Source: Longimicrobiales bacterium (GTDB lineage Bacteria; Gemmatimonadota; Gemmatimonadetes; Longimicrobiales; Gaopeijiaceae). Taken from it: a stretch of DNA of 64,000 nucleotides. Positions within the stretch are counted from its first letter, which is position 1, and every line of letters starts with the position of its first letter. The stretch is from positions 3,360,001 to 3,424,000 of the forward strand of contig OZ241892.1 of assembly GCA_965203485.1 (NCBI GenBank), written 5' to 3'. Of the stretch, positions 43,301-51,465 are shown piece by piece. Made by a program: the position numbers and the translations under genes. The notes under the pieces are model-generated. The model was not told the origin of the DNA and searched no databases. It was given only the letters and a program-made list of their open reading frames with translations.

Positions 43301-43426
43301 GGGGCGTCCGCCGATGCGGCGCCCAAGGTTCGGGCGACGATCGACCTGTTCGGCGAGCATGTGTCGCGCGGCGCCGAGCCCGCCGACCGCAGGCTGGGCG
43401 TGCAGGGCGCCGTTCGGCTCAGATAG
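37388..43426 (+). CDS. Giant surface protein/autotransporter: 10 Ig-like ~115-aa repeats, cadherin-like domain, C-terminal beta-barrel
   Basis: Signal peptide, repeats ending 'R/YKVDG' and mostly containing DxDxDG, then 'NHAPTVVAPIP..YFRDPDGDPLAYSA' and a barrel-like C-terminus ('WTFWGQ', 'YLGADY', 'LYPYVQW'). The exact start may be a later ATG. Confidence 0.8.
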   Translation: MPPRLAGMMTARAQAAMPGIRAEAGAVRAGMLFAVVLASSLVAALPGGAGAQSAAPAVQRIVFLGLEAGDSTYFRGEAVKVRVVFDKRVAVGTANGAPYLELAVGTATRRASFVRSKRNALDFSYMVQRADVDSDGVGVPAGALTPNGATIKAETDAATDANVAHGAVAGGLGRKVDGSKVRPPEVQRVLFTGPVAEDSTHYRGETIGVRVLFKEDVVVETAGGRPRVALAVGSRTRHAAMTQWRRNRIDFSYTVQTGDADADGVEIAANALGLNGGTVKSALDSATSAVLAHGRVAGGLARKVDGSKVRPPKASSVAFDNLPAGGDTYGYGERIVVRVAFDRAVVVSTAGGTPRLALKIGAVVRHAVLSDTAGTYTRLLFSYAVQGSDAAPRGASIGANALELNGGSVKAGADGATDAVLAHGAVAADAARKVDGRRGRPPKVDGVSFAGSAPGDSTYRHGDSIVVRVGFDESVAVDVANGKPQVALAVGTVVRQAVFSAHSGKTVEFVYVVQSADRDLDGASVGANALALNGGSITGAADGAVAAEVTHDAVAADATRKVDGRPRIVSLKFVGTEPTQGLYKFDETMLIQVHFDQKLTSERRIWLLAVVGTDTVRVPSRLRLRLGDSAIAFFHRVKREDRDADGVSVPKGALVLNGSTLKAASDGTTDANLEHGGLATDSSRRVDGSLTPTPRLRIRFANSPARGATYTRNERIRVFASYQVGVVVKGNPRLNLNVGTRTLQLAINATEGSNLIFEHIVQAGDVDADGISIPANALFLPSGTAIRSAADTTIAALLSNDSVSADPQRKVDGRRVDAANVQSIAVVPNPSRDDTYTRGEIFYVYVSFDRDVAVDTTAGRPRIALGIGNSTRYAAYSNPKPGKPWQQSFRYVVQAGDRDTDGISIPANALSANGGSITLPGDTTRAALSHGTASFRHMVNGNRASAPHVRALSIKAPLNGDTYLRGERIQVSAGMDRVPSVDTDRGTPQMAIQVGDSTRYAKYVSGLTYLRFDYVVQRTDVDTDGVSIAANALSANGGAITSPGDTTRAVLTHHAVQANWAYKVDGRRVDPAKIQSIAVIPHPSRDSTYTRDELIYVYVSFDRDVAVATTGGRPRIALAIGDSTRYATYSHLYGRYPSSRHVFRYAVQAGDQDADGISIAANALSANGGSVTAPDDTVAADLSHGPLAADSAYKVNGSRIGAPRVQAMWSLPPASGNTYVRGERIRMRVSFDRRTSADTVGGRPRLAIRIGDSTRYATGWNMPATGIVFDFVYVVQRTDVDTDGISVGANALSANGGSITLPGSTMPAVLAHDSMPADLSRRVDGRRTSIRAGRNHAPTVVAPIPARVVEVASDPAAEELSAYFRDPDGDPLAYSAVSAAQRVADVEIAGSVLTIRPLAVGRSVVTVGAADPGGGEAEQSFLVTVEASRSGRARILKRSLAAFGRAVGTETVEAIGGRLETADEPGAMGGPDVQVGGRSLACVGASGSRGCGLQELARQAAGLVGLRVSRGAGSLASLLHAVAEGGHDAGAVRGLVGAFGRPADAGAVNGLGTPHGFGAVGGSAAPGGFGAVDGRGVAHGVADAGGRGDSRRWGRLVSIDPLSRRRALARSSFRFSPGAAGRAVPGGWTFWGQANAGGFKGRPDDDLALDGTVRSAYLGADYRFGRGPLVGLALSRATSSIGFESGVAGAGAVDARLTGLYPYVQWSPRKGLSAWGLLGAGRGTASMSEDATGRRFETRMRMLMTAAGARRRLVGVLAFKADAFVVRTDAGELPDLPGVAATVHRLRLAPEIGGRWAVSERSSISSEVELGARFDGGDAETGAGAEAGARLAYAHEGAGLSVDVRGRALVAHQAAGFEDWGASVSVRLRPGRDEGGLSFALEPAWGNAASGTAALWRDGAVGGALGASLGRAPAGDAMEAAIPGWKASRINMETAYAIVLPDGGRVAPFGRLAVENGSGRRINVGIRLSTLGASADAAPKVRATIDLFGEHVSRGAEPADRRLGVQGAVRLR

Positions 43427-43430
43427 GAGT

Positions 43431-43581
43431 TGCCGGACCCTGCGTTCTCGTTCCGCGCTCCTTTCGCCGACAACGGCACGGCTTCCTTATCCTGCGAAGC
43501 CGAGCCGCATCTCGCCAGTCTCGCCCATCGCCGACGTGCGCATTCCCGGCCGACGGACCTCCTCGTGAATGCGACGGCGCC
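43431..43581. repeat. 151-bp direct repeat, copy 1
   Basis: Near-identical to 44825-44975. Partial copies at about 46881-46945 and 52918-52955. Confidence 0.9.
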
Positions 43582-43589
43582 TTCGCCGG

Positions 43590-44720
43590 TCACCGCTTCT
43601 CGTAGCGCCGCAACCTCCGCGGTCCGACCTCGGCACCGTACACGTTGCCGTGCCGGTCCACGGCCACGCCTTCCGCCGCGCTCGTGCCCGTGCCGTCCGG
43701 ATCGGGCTCTGGATCGGGGATGAACGCGGTCACCCATCCGTCGCGCGCGCTTCCTATGTAGATGCCTCGCCGATAGCCGCGATTGCGCCGGGCGTTCGAC
43801 TCGGAGTCGGCGGCGTAGAGCACGTCGTCGGCGTCGATGAACAGGCCGCTCGGGCGCCCGAACTGCGTCCACGTCTCCAGATGCGCGCCTTCCTGGTCGA
43901 AGATCTGGATGCGGCTGTTGCCCCGGTCGGCCACGAACAAGCGTCCCTGCGAGTCCATCGCCAGCGCGTGCGGGTCGCGGAACTGTCCCGTGCCCGCACC
44001 CGTCTCTCCCCAGGCCATGAGGAACGACCCGTCCGGGGCCAGCTTGACGATCCGGTTGTTGCCCCCGGCGTCGTGCCCGTCCGCCACGAAGATGCTTCCG
44101 TCAGGCGCCACCAGCACGTCGGAGGGCTTGTTGAAGATGCCCTCGCCCTCGCCGGCGACGCCCTCGACGCCCAGCGTCATCATCAGCTCGCCGTCCGGGC
44201 TGTACTTGAGGATCGTGTGGCCCACCCCGGCCGGAACCGGTGCATACCCCACCGCGTCGGTGATCCAGACGGCGCCGTCGGCGTCCACGAACATTCCGTG
44301 CGGCCACACGATCTGGCCCGCGCCGAAGCTGCGGATCAGGTTGCCGTCGGGGTCGAAGAGCATCACGGGGTCCAGGTCGCTGCCCACGCAGAGGTTCGCG
44401 CCGCACCGGTCCGCGACCCAGATGTTGCCGTTGCCGTCCGGGTAGACCGCGCTGGTGGCCCCCCACTCCCGGTCCAGCTTGGCCCATCCGTCTATTGCCT
44501 CGTACGGGTTGGGAAGGTGGTCTTGCGCGGCGGCCTGGGTTGCGAAGCCAGCGGCGAGGAGGAAGGTGAAGACGGGTCCGGCGACGGGGCGGCGGGACGA
44601 TGTGCGGGGGGCGAGGCACGCTGCGCGGGAAGCGAAGGCGGCCGTCGCGAGCCATCTCGGCACAGTTGGCGTTGAGCCACCGGATCGGCGGCGTGGGAGT
44701 CCTTGCGTGATCATGGACAT
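43590..44720 (-). CDS. NHL-repeat protein (peptidyl-alpha-hydroxyglycine lyase-like)
   Basis: GGAGG RBS, signal peptide, NHL blades 'WPHGMFVDADG', 'FNKPSDV', 'FRDPHALAMDSQGRLFVADRGNSRIQIFD'. Confidence 0.85.
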   Translation of the reverse strand: MSMITQGLPRRRSGGSTPTVPRWLATAAFASRAACLAPRTSSRRPVAGPVFTFLLAAGFATQAAAQDHLPNPYEAIDGWAKLDREWGATSAVYPDGNGNIWVADRCGANLCVGSDLDPVMLFDPDGNLIRSFGAGQIVWPHGMFVDADGAVWITDAVGYAPVPAGVGHTILKYSPDGELMMTLGVEGVAGEGEGIFNKPSDVLVAPDGSIFVADGHDAGGNNRIVKLAPDGSFLMAWGETGAGTGQFRDPHALAMDSQGRLFVADRGNSRIQIFDQEGAHLETWTQFGRPSGLFIDADDVLYAADSESNARRNRGYRRGIYIGSARDGWVTAFIPDPEPDPDGTGTSAAEGVAVDRHGNVYGAEVGPRRLRRYEKR

Positions 44721-44824
44721 CGTGGCGTCCTCCTGGGGTTGATGACGTCGTTGCCGTTGCGGGCGATCGCGGACTTCGGCGACTTGGATGCGCGACCAAC
44801 CCGTCGTGCGGCAGGGCCCGGCCC

Positions 44825-45073
44825 TGCCGGACCCTGTGTTCTCGTTCCGCGCTCCTTTCGCCGACAACGGCACGGCTTCCTTATCCTGCGAAGCCGAGCC
44901 GCATCTCGCCAGTCTCGCCCATCGCCGACGTGCGCATTCCCGGCCGACGGACCTCCGCGTGAACGCGACGGAGCCGATGACGGGAAGCCGACCGTGGCGG
45001 GCGGCGTTTCTGCGTGATAGCCGTCCGGCACTGCTGGGGGATGCGTCCTTGCTCTTGCGTGACCGAGTGCCTA
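44825..45073. repeat. 151-bp direct repeat, copy 2, plus a downstream block repeated at 46881-47093
   Basis: 44825-44975 matches 43431-43581, and 45018-45073 matches 47038-47093. Confidence 0.9.
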
Positions 45074-45205
45074 GAACCTGTCTCGAAGACCGAGGCGCTT
45101 GAAGAAAAGGCAAACCGCGAACGGCTGAAGGAACGCCAGGAATGGTGCGGCGGGGAAGCTGAGACGCGGGAGTTGGCAACTTGCCGGGATGAGGGGAGCC
45201 GCGCT

Positions 45206-46380
45206 TCAATCGTCGCAGGCTTCGGGGTTCGCCTGCAAGTGCTCGAGCAGAGCTTCGGCCGCCCATCGGTGGCCTTGATGGTTCCAGTGAAAGTCGCTAG
45301 GCCATTGGGCATCTCTCGGGCGACGGCCTTGGCGCACGATGTAGTCGAACTGGTCTACGACGGGAATGCCGCGGTCCTCCGCCATCTGCATCAGCCGCTC
45401 GAACAGCTGTTCGTCATTCATGCGCACGTGGTGAGACGACAGTATGACAAGTCCCCCCCCCCCCCCCCCCCCCCCCTCTCTCTCTCTCTCTCCGTTCGCT
45501 TTTGCCATTCGTCCAACGCGAACGCCGTCAAGTCGAAGTCGATTTCGCGTTCGCGCAGCGGCTCGGCGAGGACACGGCCCCCCCGATCATCGTACCTCGC
45601 AGCAAACCAAGGCACCGAGTACGGGCGCAAGGCGCGCGGGATGCGATGCAACAACCGTGCGGCGCCGACCGGCGGCGGTAGTCGCACCCGGTCCGGCAAG
45701 CGCAAAGCGATCCTCCCGTCCTCGGCGCGCTCTGCCCAAGGGGACCATCTGTTGCTCGGCCCCCCCGGGCCATTGTCGTCAAAATCGTTGTTGAAGAAGA
45801 CGAGAACGACCATCTTTGGACGACTATGCCGAATCCACTTGTCCCAGAACGGAAGTTGTTGCAGTTGGCCCGTGCCGGCATAACCGTAGGCCGCCGTGGA
45901 AACGTCTAGGCCCGGCAGGCTCTGGGCGGCCATCTCTTCGAGCAGAACGTGAAACTTTGCCGCAATCTCCACTTCCGTCGCCTCGACAAAGGAATCGCCG
46001 ACGACGGCCACGTGACATCCGGCCTGCGCCAACGCGGCGCTCGGCGGCTCCCGGTCCAAGAAGCCCAAGCTGTTCGTGTGCGACACTGTCCAAAAGTCCT
46101 TGAGGTTCGTCGCCTCGACTGCGGCGCCGGCCGCAAGGTGCACGCCCACTTCAGGCACCATCACCATGGGGCGAGTTCCATGCCCGAACGGCAACGACAA
46201 CCGCAGCCACGCTTCCGCGGCGACGGCGACGAGCCCCACGCCGCAGGCCATGAGAAGCACGTTCCAGCAGGCCACGCGAAGCACTGCCGACAGCGGGCGC
46301 GCAAGGATCAACGCTTTGGCCGCCGTGGCCGTGCCCGGCCCCGGTGTCGGCGGTTGCCCCGGAAGATCGTGGGACTCATG
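45206..46380 (-). pseudogene. SGNH/GDSL hydrolase-like (polysaccharide O-acyl-modifying type) gene, frameshifted at a (GA)n-G24 tract
   Basis: 'TNSLGFLD', 'VVGDSFVE', 'GYAGTGQ' and 'FFNNDF' are in one frame. The catalytic 'DFHWNHQGH' is in another frame beyond the tract at 45453-45492. Start uncertain. Confidence 0.75.
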
Positions 46381-47135
46381 ACTTCCGGATTGAAGGAAGC
46401 CAAAAGGGATCGGCGGCAACTTTCGGCAACAGCAGTCTCCGTACTTGCAAGTGCGACTGCCTTCAAGCACCTGCGACATGTCGTGCAGGCCCTAAAGTAA
46501 CGAAACAAGAGACGCGGCGACACCTCTCCACCCCGTCGTGCCACGTCCCGGCTCGACTGGGCGACGGAAATGCGCCTTCGCGGCGACTGCTCCAGATTCG
46601 AACCAGAATCGCCGGGCGACGAGCACGCAAGGCGGCGACCACGCCACGAACTGAAAAGAGACGGATGCTAATGCCGACGGTTTGCGCACGGGTTCGCCTG
46701 TTTCGGTGGGGAAGGACATGGAACCGGGACGGAACGGAGGTGGCATGGGGGCACGGCGGGGGGTCAGAGCTGCCGCGCACGGAATGCGGCCGGCGTGCAC
46801 CAAGGCGCAACTGGAAAGCACTCCATCCCCCAAGTTGGTTCTGCGATTCGCGTACGTGGATCGAATGTTCGATCGCTTCCCGCGAAGCCGAGCCGCGTCT
46901 CGCCAGTCTCGCCATCGCCGACATGCCCATTCCGGGTCGGCGGGTCGTCGTCGCGCCGTCTGTTGGGCGAGTTGCGCTTCCGCCGTGGCGACCGTACTTG
47001 GCGGGCCGCGTCTGCGTGGGGGGGGGGGGGGGGGGGGTAGCCGTCCGGCACCGCTGGGGGATGCGTCCTTGCTCTTGCGTGACCAAGTGCCTATTGTGCA
47101 CCGTGCAAATGTCGTTCTCGACGAGGGAGGACGCG

Positions 47136-47590
47136 ATGAAGGCGCGGAGCAGGCGGCTGGCGACCTTAAGGGCGGCAGGATTGCTCGCGATGGCGGGTTG
47201 CGTGAACCCGCTTGCGATGGACGACGCGGGGGACACGCAGACCCTGCGAGTCGCATCGAGGCCCTGCGGGCGAAGTGGGGCCGGTCCGCGCTGCGGATTG
47301 CGAAGGGCTGCTCCGCGGGCCTCGCGTTGACCAGCGGATACCGGTGCCCGCACGGAAACGCGTCGATCGCTGGCGCGTCGCGAAGCTCCTATCACATGGA
47401 GGGCAGGGCGGTGGACATTTCGACCAGAGCGATTGTCGGCGCGGCTGGGATACCTTACGCTCGGATGACCCCGGATCAGCAGGTCGAACTTGAAATCGTG
47501 TATTTAGAACTGTTGAGCCTCGGTGGCAATATCGATGAGCAACCGTGGAATCGATACAAGAACGACCGCCGTTTTCATTTCGCCAAGTAG
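47136..47590 (+). pseudogene. Lipoprotein with C-terminal peptidase M15 (D-Ala-D-Ala metallopeptidase) domain, internally deleted or frameshifted
   Basis: GGAGG RBS and lipobox 'LLAMAGC' from ATG 47136 are out of frame with the M15 motifs 'LTSGYRCP.GN...SYHMEGRAVDI...FHFA'. Confidence 0.65.
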
Positions 47591-47605
47591 CGGAGGCACG
47601 ACGAC

Positions 47606-48565
47606 ATGAAGACTTCATTGTGGACTTGGGCCGCCGTCTCATTGACGGTTGCAACGCCGGCAGCGTCGCAGGAACGAGAGGCGTCGGCCAAGGAAATCGA
47701 GGCCCTGTGGCGAGCGGAGCGAACGACGGTCGAGAAGCTGAAGGCCGGCGACGCCGACGCGGAGCAAAGGATCGTCGACCTGCTGACGACGGGCGGTGAC
47801 GCGAGTTGGCACGTCGGCGTGGCGGCGGCCCTAGCGGTGGCGCCGGAGCAGAGATCGCCGGCCTTGATCGCGGGCATGATCGAGGCATTGCGGCGAGGCG
47901 TGGAGTGGAGCACCCGCCGATACGCGGCCGACTTGGGAACCGCGAGCCGCGGAGAGACGCAGAGCTATCTTGCCCACCAACTCTTGCTGACGGGCGACCC
48001 GGCGATCCTGCCTCCGCTGGCGTGGCGCGCCGCAGGCTTGTCGGCGGCGGTGCTCTACGAGTTCGGGTTGCAGGCCGTGCCGCACCTGCTCGATGTCGCC
48101 CTGTCGCCGCGGGCGACCGGCTTCGAGGCCCACAATGCGCTGTCGGTGTTGGCCAGCATCGTTTCGACGCACGGTCCGGGATCCTACGCAAAGGAGTTGC
48201 ACGAAGCGGTCATCCTTCACTTGGACGGGCCTCCGGAGGGTTACATGTCGGCCGGCAAGCACCGGTCAGGCGGGTTCCCGGACGCCCTGGAACCGGCGAT
48301 CGCGCTTGCCGGAGCGTTGCGGACGCCCAATCTGTTGCAGCGGATTAGGGCCATCGCGGCGAGCACGCCCAAGCAGATCGTACAACGGACAGGCTACAGC
48401 ATCGCCATCGCCGAAGAAGGACCGGCGTGCGCCAAGGCGCAACTGGAAAGCACGCCACCCCCCAGTCGGTTCTGCGATTCGCGCGCGTGGATCGACTGGT
48501 TCGATCGCTTCCCGGACTGGCGCGAGTACTCCTTGAAGGCGCAAAGCAAGAGGCCCGGCGGATGA
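47606..48565 (+). CDS. Secreted helical hypothetical protein
   Basis: GGAGG RBS and signal peptide ending 'PAASQ'. Fragments of this gene recur at 46790-46880 and 53113-53443. Confidence 0.7.
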   Translation: MKTSLWTWAAVSLTVATPAASQEREASAKEIEALWRAERTTVEKLKAGDADAEQRIVDLLTTGGDASWHVGVAAALAVAPEQRSPALIAGMIEALRRGVEWSTRRYAADLGTASRGETQSYLAHQLLLTGDPAILPPLAWRAAGLSAAVLYEFGLQAVPHLLDVALSPRATGFEAHNALSVLASIVSTHGPGSYAKELHEAVILHLDGPPEGYMSAGKHRSGGFPDALEPAIALAGALRTPNLLQRIRAIAASTPKQIVQRTGYSIAIAEEGPACAKAQLESTPPPSRFCDSRAWIDWFDRFPDWREYSLKAQSKRPGG

Positions 48566-49854
48566 CGACGCGAGAACTGACCGCCCTTCGCCAGCGGGCG
48601 AGGCGCAAGAGCATGAAGGTTCTGTGTCCCGCGATTGGCCCGGCCCGGCGCATCGCGGCCCGGTTCGCTCTCGCCTTCGCACCGGTCGCGCTGGCCGTCG
48701 TCGCGATTCTTGCCTTCGCCACCCCGGTCGCGGTCGCCGCCCAGGACGCCGCCCCGTTGCGCGTGGCGCCCGCCGCGGCCGGGATGTCGGCCTCTGTTCT
48801 GGAGGGCGCGGCCGGGCTCTATAGAGAGGCCGTGGAACGCGGCGACTTGGTGGGCGCCGTGCTGCTGGTCGCGAAGGACGGCCAGATCGTGCTGCACGAA
48901 GCGATCGGCTGGCGCGACAAGGCCCGGGACCTCCCGATGGAGCCCAACACCATGTTCCGCATGGCGTCCAACACCAAGCCCGTGGTCGCGGCGGGCGTCG
49001 CCATGCTCGTGGAGGACGGCAAGCTCGGATACGACGACTTGGTGCGCGAACACATGCCCTCCTGGGACAACTACCGGGCCGGCTTCATCACCGTCGGCCA
49101 TCTCCTCTCCCATTCCAGCGGCCTGCGAATCCCCACGCTCTTCCTCCAGCCGTACATGCAACCCACCGCCGAACACCCCGGCGCCCCCACGCTCCAACTC
49201 GAAGCCGCCCGCTTCGGCCAAGTCGGCGCCGAGGCCGTCCCCGGCGCCACCTACAGCTACAACAACCCCGGCTACAACACACTGGGCGCGCTGGTCGAAA
49301 TCGCCTCCCGCACACCCCTCGACCAATACCTCGACGACGCGCTCTACACGCCCCTGGGAATGCACGACAGCTATCACCACGAGCTGCCCGAGAAGCTCGA
49401 CGGCAAGCTCGACCGCATGTCCGTCGTCTACTACGAGCGCGGCCAGGACGGCGGGTGGGCCCCCGGCTGGACGCCCGGCGACTCGCCCCAAGTCCCCTTC
49501 GTGCGCGCGTCCGGCGGCATGATCTCGACCGCCCCCGACTACATGCTCTTCTGCCAGATGTTCCTCGACGGCGGCGAGCACGGCGGCGTCCGGTTCCTCT
49601 CGCCCGAGACGGTCGCCCTCATGACCTCTCCAAAGATCCGCACCACCCCCGCCTCGGAGGGTCCCCCCGCCTACTACGGCTACGGCTGGTCCATCTCCGC
49701 CGACGGCGCCTACTCCCACAGCGGCTCCGACGGCACCAGCGCCTGGATCGACCCGTCGAGCGGCCTGATCGTGCTCGTGTTCACGCAGACGCCGGGGGGC
49801 CGGAATCCCGTGAGGCGGTTCCGGGAGATGGTGAAGCTGGCGGTGGAGGGCTGA
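48562..49854 (+). CDS. Serine hydrolase, beta-lactamase/AmpC-like family
   Basis: SxxK 'MASNTKP', 'LLSHSSGL', 'YSYNNPGY', 'HSGSDG', and a signal peptide. Confidence 0.9.
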   Translation: MTTRELTALRQRARRKSMKVLCPAIGPARRIAARFALAFAPVALAVVAILAFATPVAVAAQDAAPLRVAPAAAGMSASVLEGAAGLYREAVERGDLVGAVLLVAKDGQIVLHEAIGWRDKARDLPMEPNTMFRMASNTKPVVAAGVAMLVEDGKLGYDDLVREHMPSWDNYRAGFITVGHLLSHSSGLRIPTLFLQPYMQPTAEHPGAPTLQLEAARFGQVGAEAVPGATYSYNNPGYNTLGALVEIASRTPLDQYLDDALYTPLGMHDSYHHELPEKLDGKLDRMSVVYYERGQDGGWAPGWTPGDSPQVPFVRASGGMISTAPDYMLFCQMFLDGGEHGGVRFLSPETVALMTSPKIRTTPASEGPPAYYGYGWSISADGAYSHSGSDGTSAWIDPSSGLIVLVFTQTPGGRNPVRRFREMVKLAVEG

Positions 49855-50030
49855 GGGGGGACTCGACCTTAGACGCGGCCGATCACCGCCGCCTCCACGC
49901 CTCGGTCTGTTCTTCCAAGCGTCCCACGAACGCGGCCATTCCGTCGTCGCCGAGACCTTGCGCACGGACGCGTGGGACGGACATTGGTCATTGCCTTCGG
50001 TAGCCAAACGAGCCACCTGATCTTTGGCCA

Positions 50031-50456
50031 TGTCAGTTCACGTCCGTCGGCAAGCGCACCACGCGAACCGTCGCCACGTCGTACTCGCCCAACTCGACGT
50101 AGGCCGCCAGACCGCCGGGGCCGAACGCGTCCGGGACGACGATGCTCGGCGGATAAGTGCCCACGTACCGGCCCTCGGACGACAGCACGTCCAAGGGGCC
50201 GTTCGCGACTCCGTCTTCCGCGCGCCGGCGCACCCAGATGCGCCCGTTCCATGTCGTGTGCAGGTCCTGCACGACGGGCACTTCCTCGTAGAACTTGGCC
50301 TCCTCGATCTGCTTTCTGCGTTGCTCGACGCCCAGCCTGGAGACAATGGTCAGCATGTTGCCCCCGCCGCTGACTCTTCGGTCCTCGCCGTCTTCGTCCT
50401 CTGCGGCTTCGAGCGCTTTCAGTTGCCGCTCCCTCCAAGCTCGCTCGATGCGGCGG
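50031..50456 (-). pseudogene. 426-bp copy of the 3' end of the propeller gene 53999-55378
   Basis: Appears identical to 53997-54422, and the ORF track gives identical translations. Confidence 0.9.
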
Positions 50457-50554
50457 ATGAACGCGGGATCAAAACGGAGAGAGAGGGGAGCGGGATCGCC
50501 TTCCTCTTCTTCCCGTTAAGTCGGCTGGCATGCGACTTGCTGTTCGTCGCGAAG

Positions 50555-50745
50555 CGCCGGGGAGGTCTCGACGCCACGGGCACTACGAATCGAAACATCG
50601 AGCGCGCGAAGACGTTGCTCGTCGAAGCGGCGGGCGAGGTGCATGGAGTGGCTGCGGGAGCTGGCGCGGTCGTCGGAGATCGAGACGCCAACGGGCGCGG
50701 AGTTGGCGAAGCAGGACCGGAAGCGTCCGAAGAAGGGGTCCTGGG
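50555..50745 (+). mobile_element. Degenerate transposase fragment (IS5/IS1182-like)
   Basis: 'GLDAT' followed by 'MEWLRELARSSEIETPTGAELAKQDRKRPKKGS' resembles the 'LAxxSGIETPTxxxLAxxDRKRxKKGS' segment I recall from such transposases. Confidence 0.5.
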
Positions 50746-50762
50746 TCACAAGTTGGAGCAGG

Positions 50763-51150
50763 CGGCGGACCTGGAGCTGGGAGTGGCTATTCCGGTGGCC
50801 CGCGCCCTTGTCCGTTAAGGTTTCCGCGTGCTCCGAGGCGACCAGCGCCTGGTTGGGGCTACACCGCGTTGGTCGGCAAGTCCGCCTCCCAGGTGCAAGG
50901 CGATCTTGAGACATCGTCATCGCGATCCATCTTGGCGTCTCTCGGATCCGCCGCGCACTGCCAAGAGGTGCGGGCCGCCGTCGCCGTCGTTCTCGGTTTC
51001 TCGGACATGTCGAGCTACCGGCGGCTTGCGAAGAACGTGCTCGGCATGCCGTCTTCGTCTGTCCGAGGTCGGGGTGGCCGCAACTACGTGGCGACGGTCA
51101 TCGCCGAGACCTTTGCGCACGGCCGCGTGGGACGCGCCCCAATCCGGTAA
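50763..51150 (+). pseudogene. Decayed, internally deleted copy of the sigma/AraC fusion gene
   Basis: 'ELGVAIPVARALVR*', 'ALVGKSASQVQGDLET' and 'FSDMSSYRRLAKNVLGM..YVATVIAET' match the protein encoded at 56046-57488. Confidence 0.85.
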
Positions 51151-51191
51151 GCGGTACTCCGTCGGCGTTCTTGGGCACGCCTGCTGCGGAC

Positions 51192-51232
51192 GTGTCCGAA
51201 AACGTCTCGCCTCTTCGGATCTCCAAGCGTTA
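51192..51232 (+). promoter_or_regulatory. Conserved motif copy 1 (GTGTCCGAAAACGTCTCG-N15-AAGCGTTA)
   Basis: Same two boxes at identical spacing at 55821 and 57563. Confidence 0.6.
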
Positions 51233-51306
51233 AGGGCATGCAGCGGGCCGCGCCAAATCCGGTAGCGGTCCGCGATTCCCATCCCACAACCCTTTAAGAG
51301 GATTCA

Positions 51307-51465
51307 ATGGGACACGCATCGAGAACGATCTTCTCGGCCTTTGCGACGGCTGTCGTTGCTATGGCCTGGACCACGGAACCATCGGCTGGCGACGAGTTGC
51401 TGGAGACGGCGATGAGGCGCACGAGGCAACTGGCCGAGCACGAGAAGCCAACGGATCGGTGCTGA
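51307..51465 (+). CDS. 52-aa signal-peptide-bearing mini-ORF (MGHASRTIFSAFATAVVAMAW...)
   Basis: GAGG RBS, hydrophobic N-terminus, stop overlapping the next gene. Related N-termini at about 55940 and 57729. It could be a truncated longer gene. Confidence 0.45.
   Translation: MGHASRTIFSAFATAVVAMAWTTEPSAGDELLETAMRRTRQLAEHEKPTDRC

Noticed and set aside
43431..47093. Integron attC sites
   Set aside because: No integron integrase is present, and I saw no RYYYAAC/GTTRRRY core with a long imperfect palindrome.
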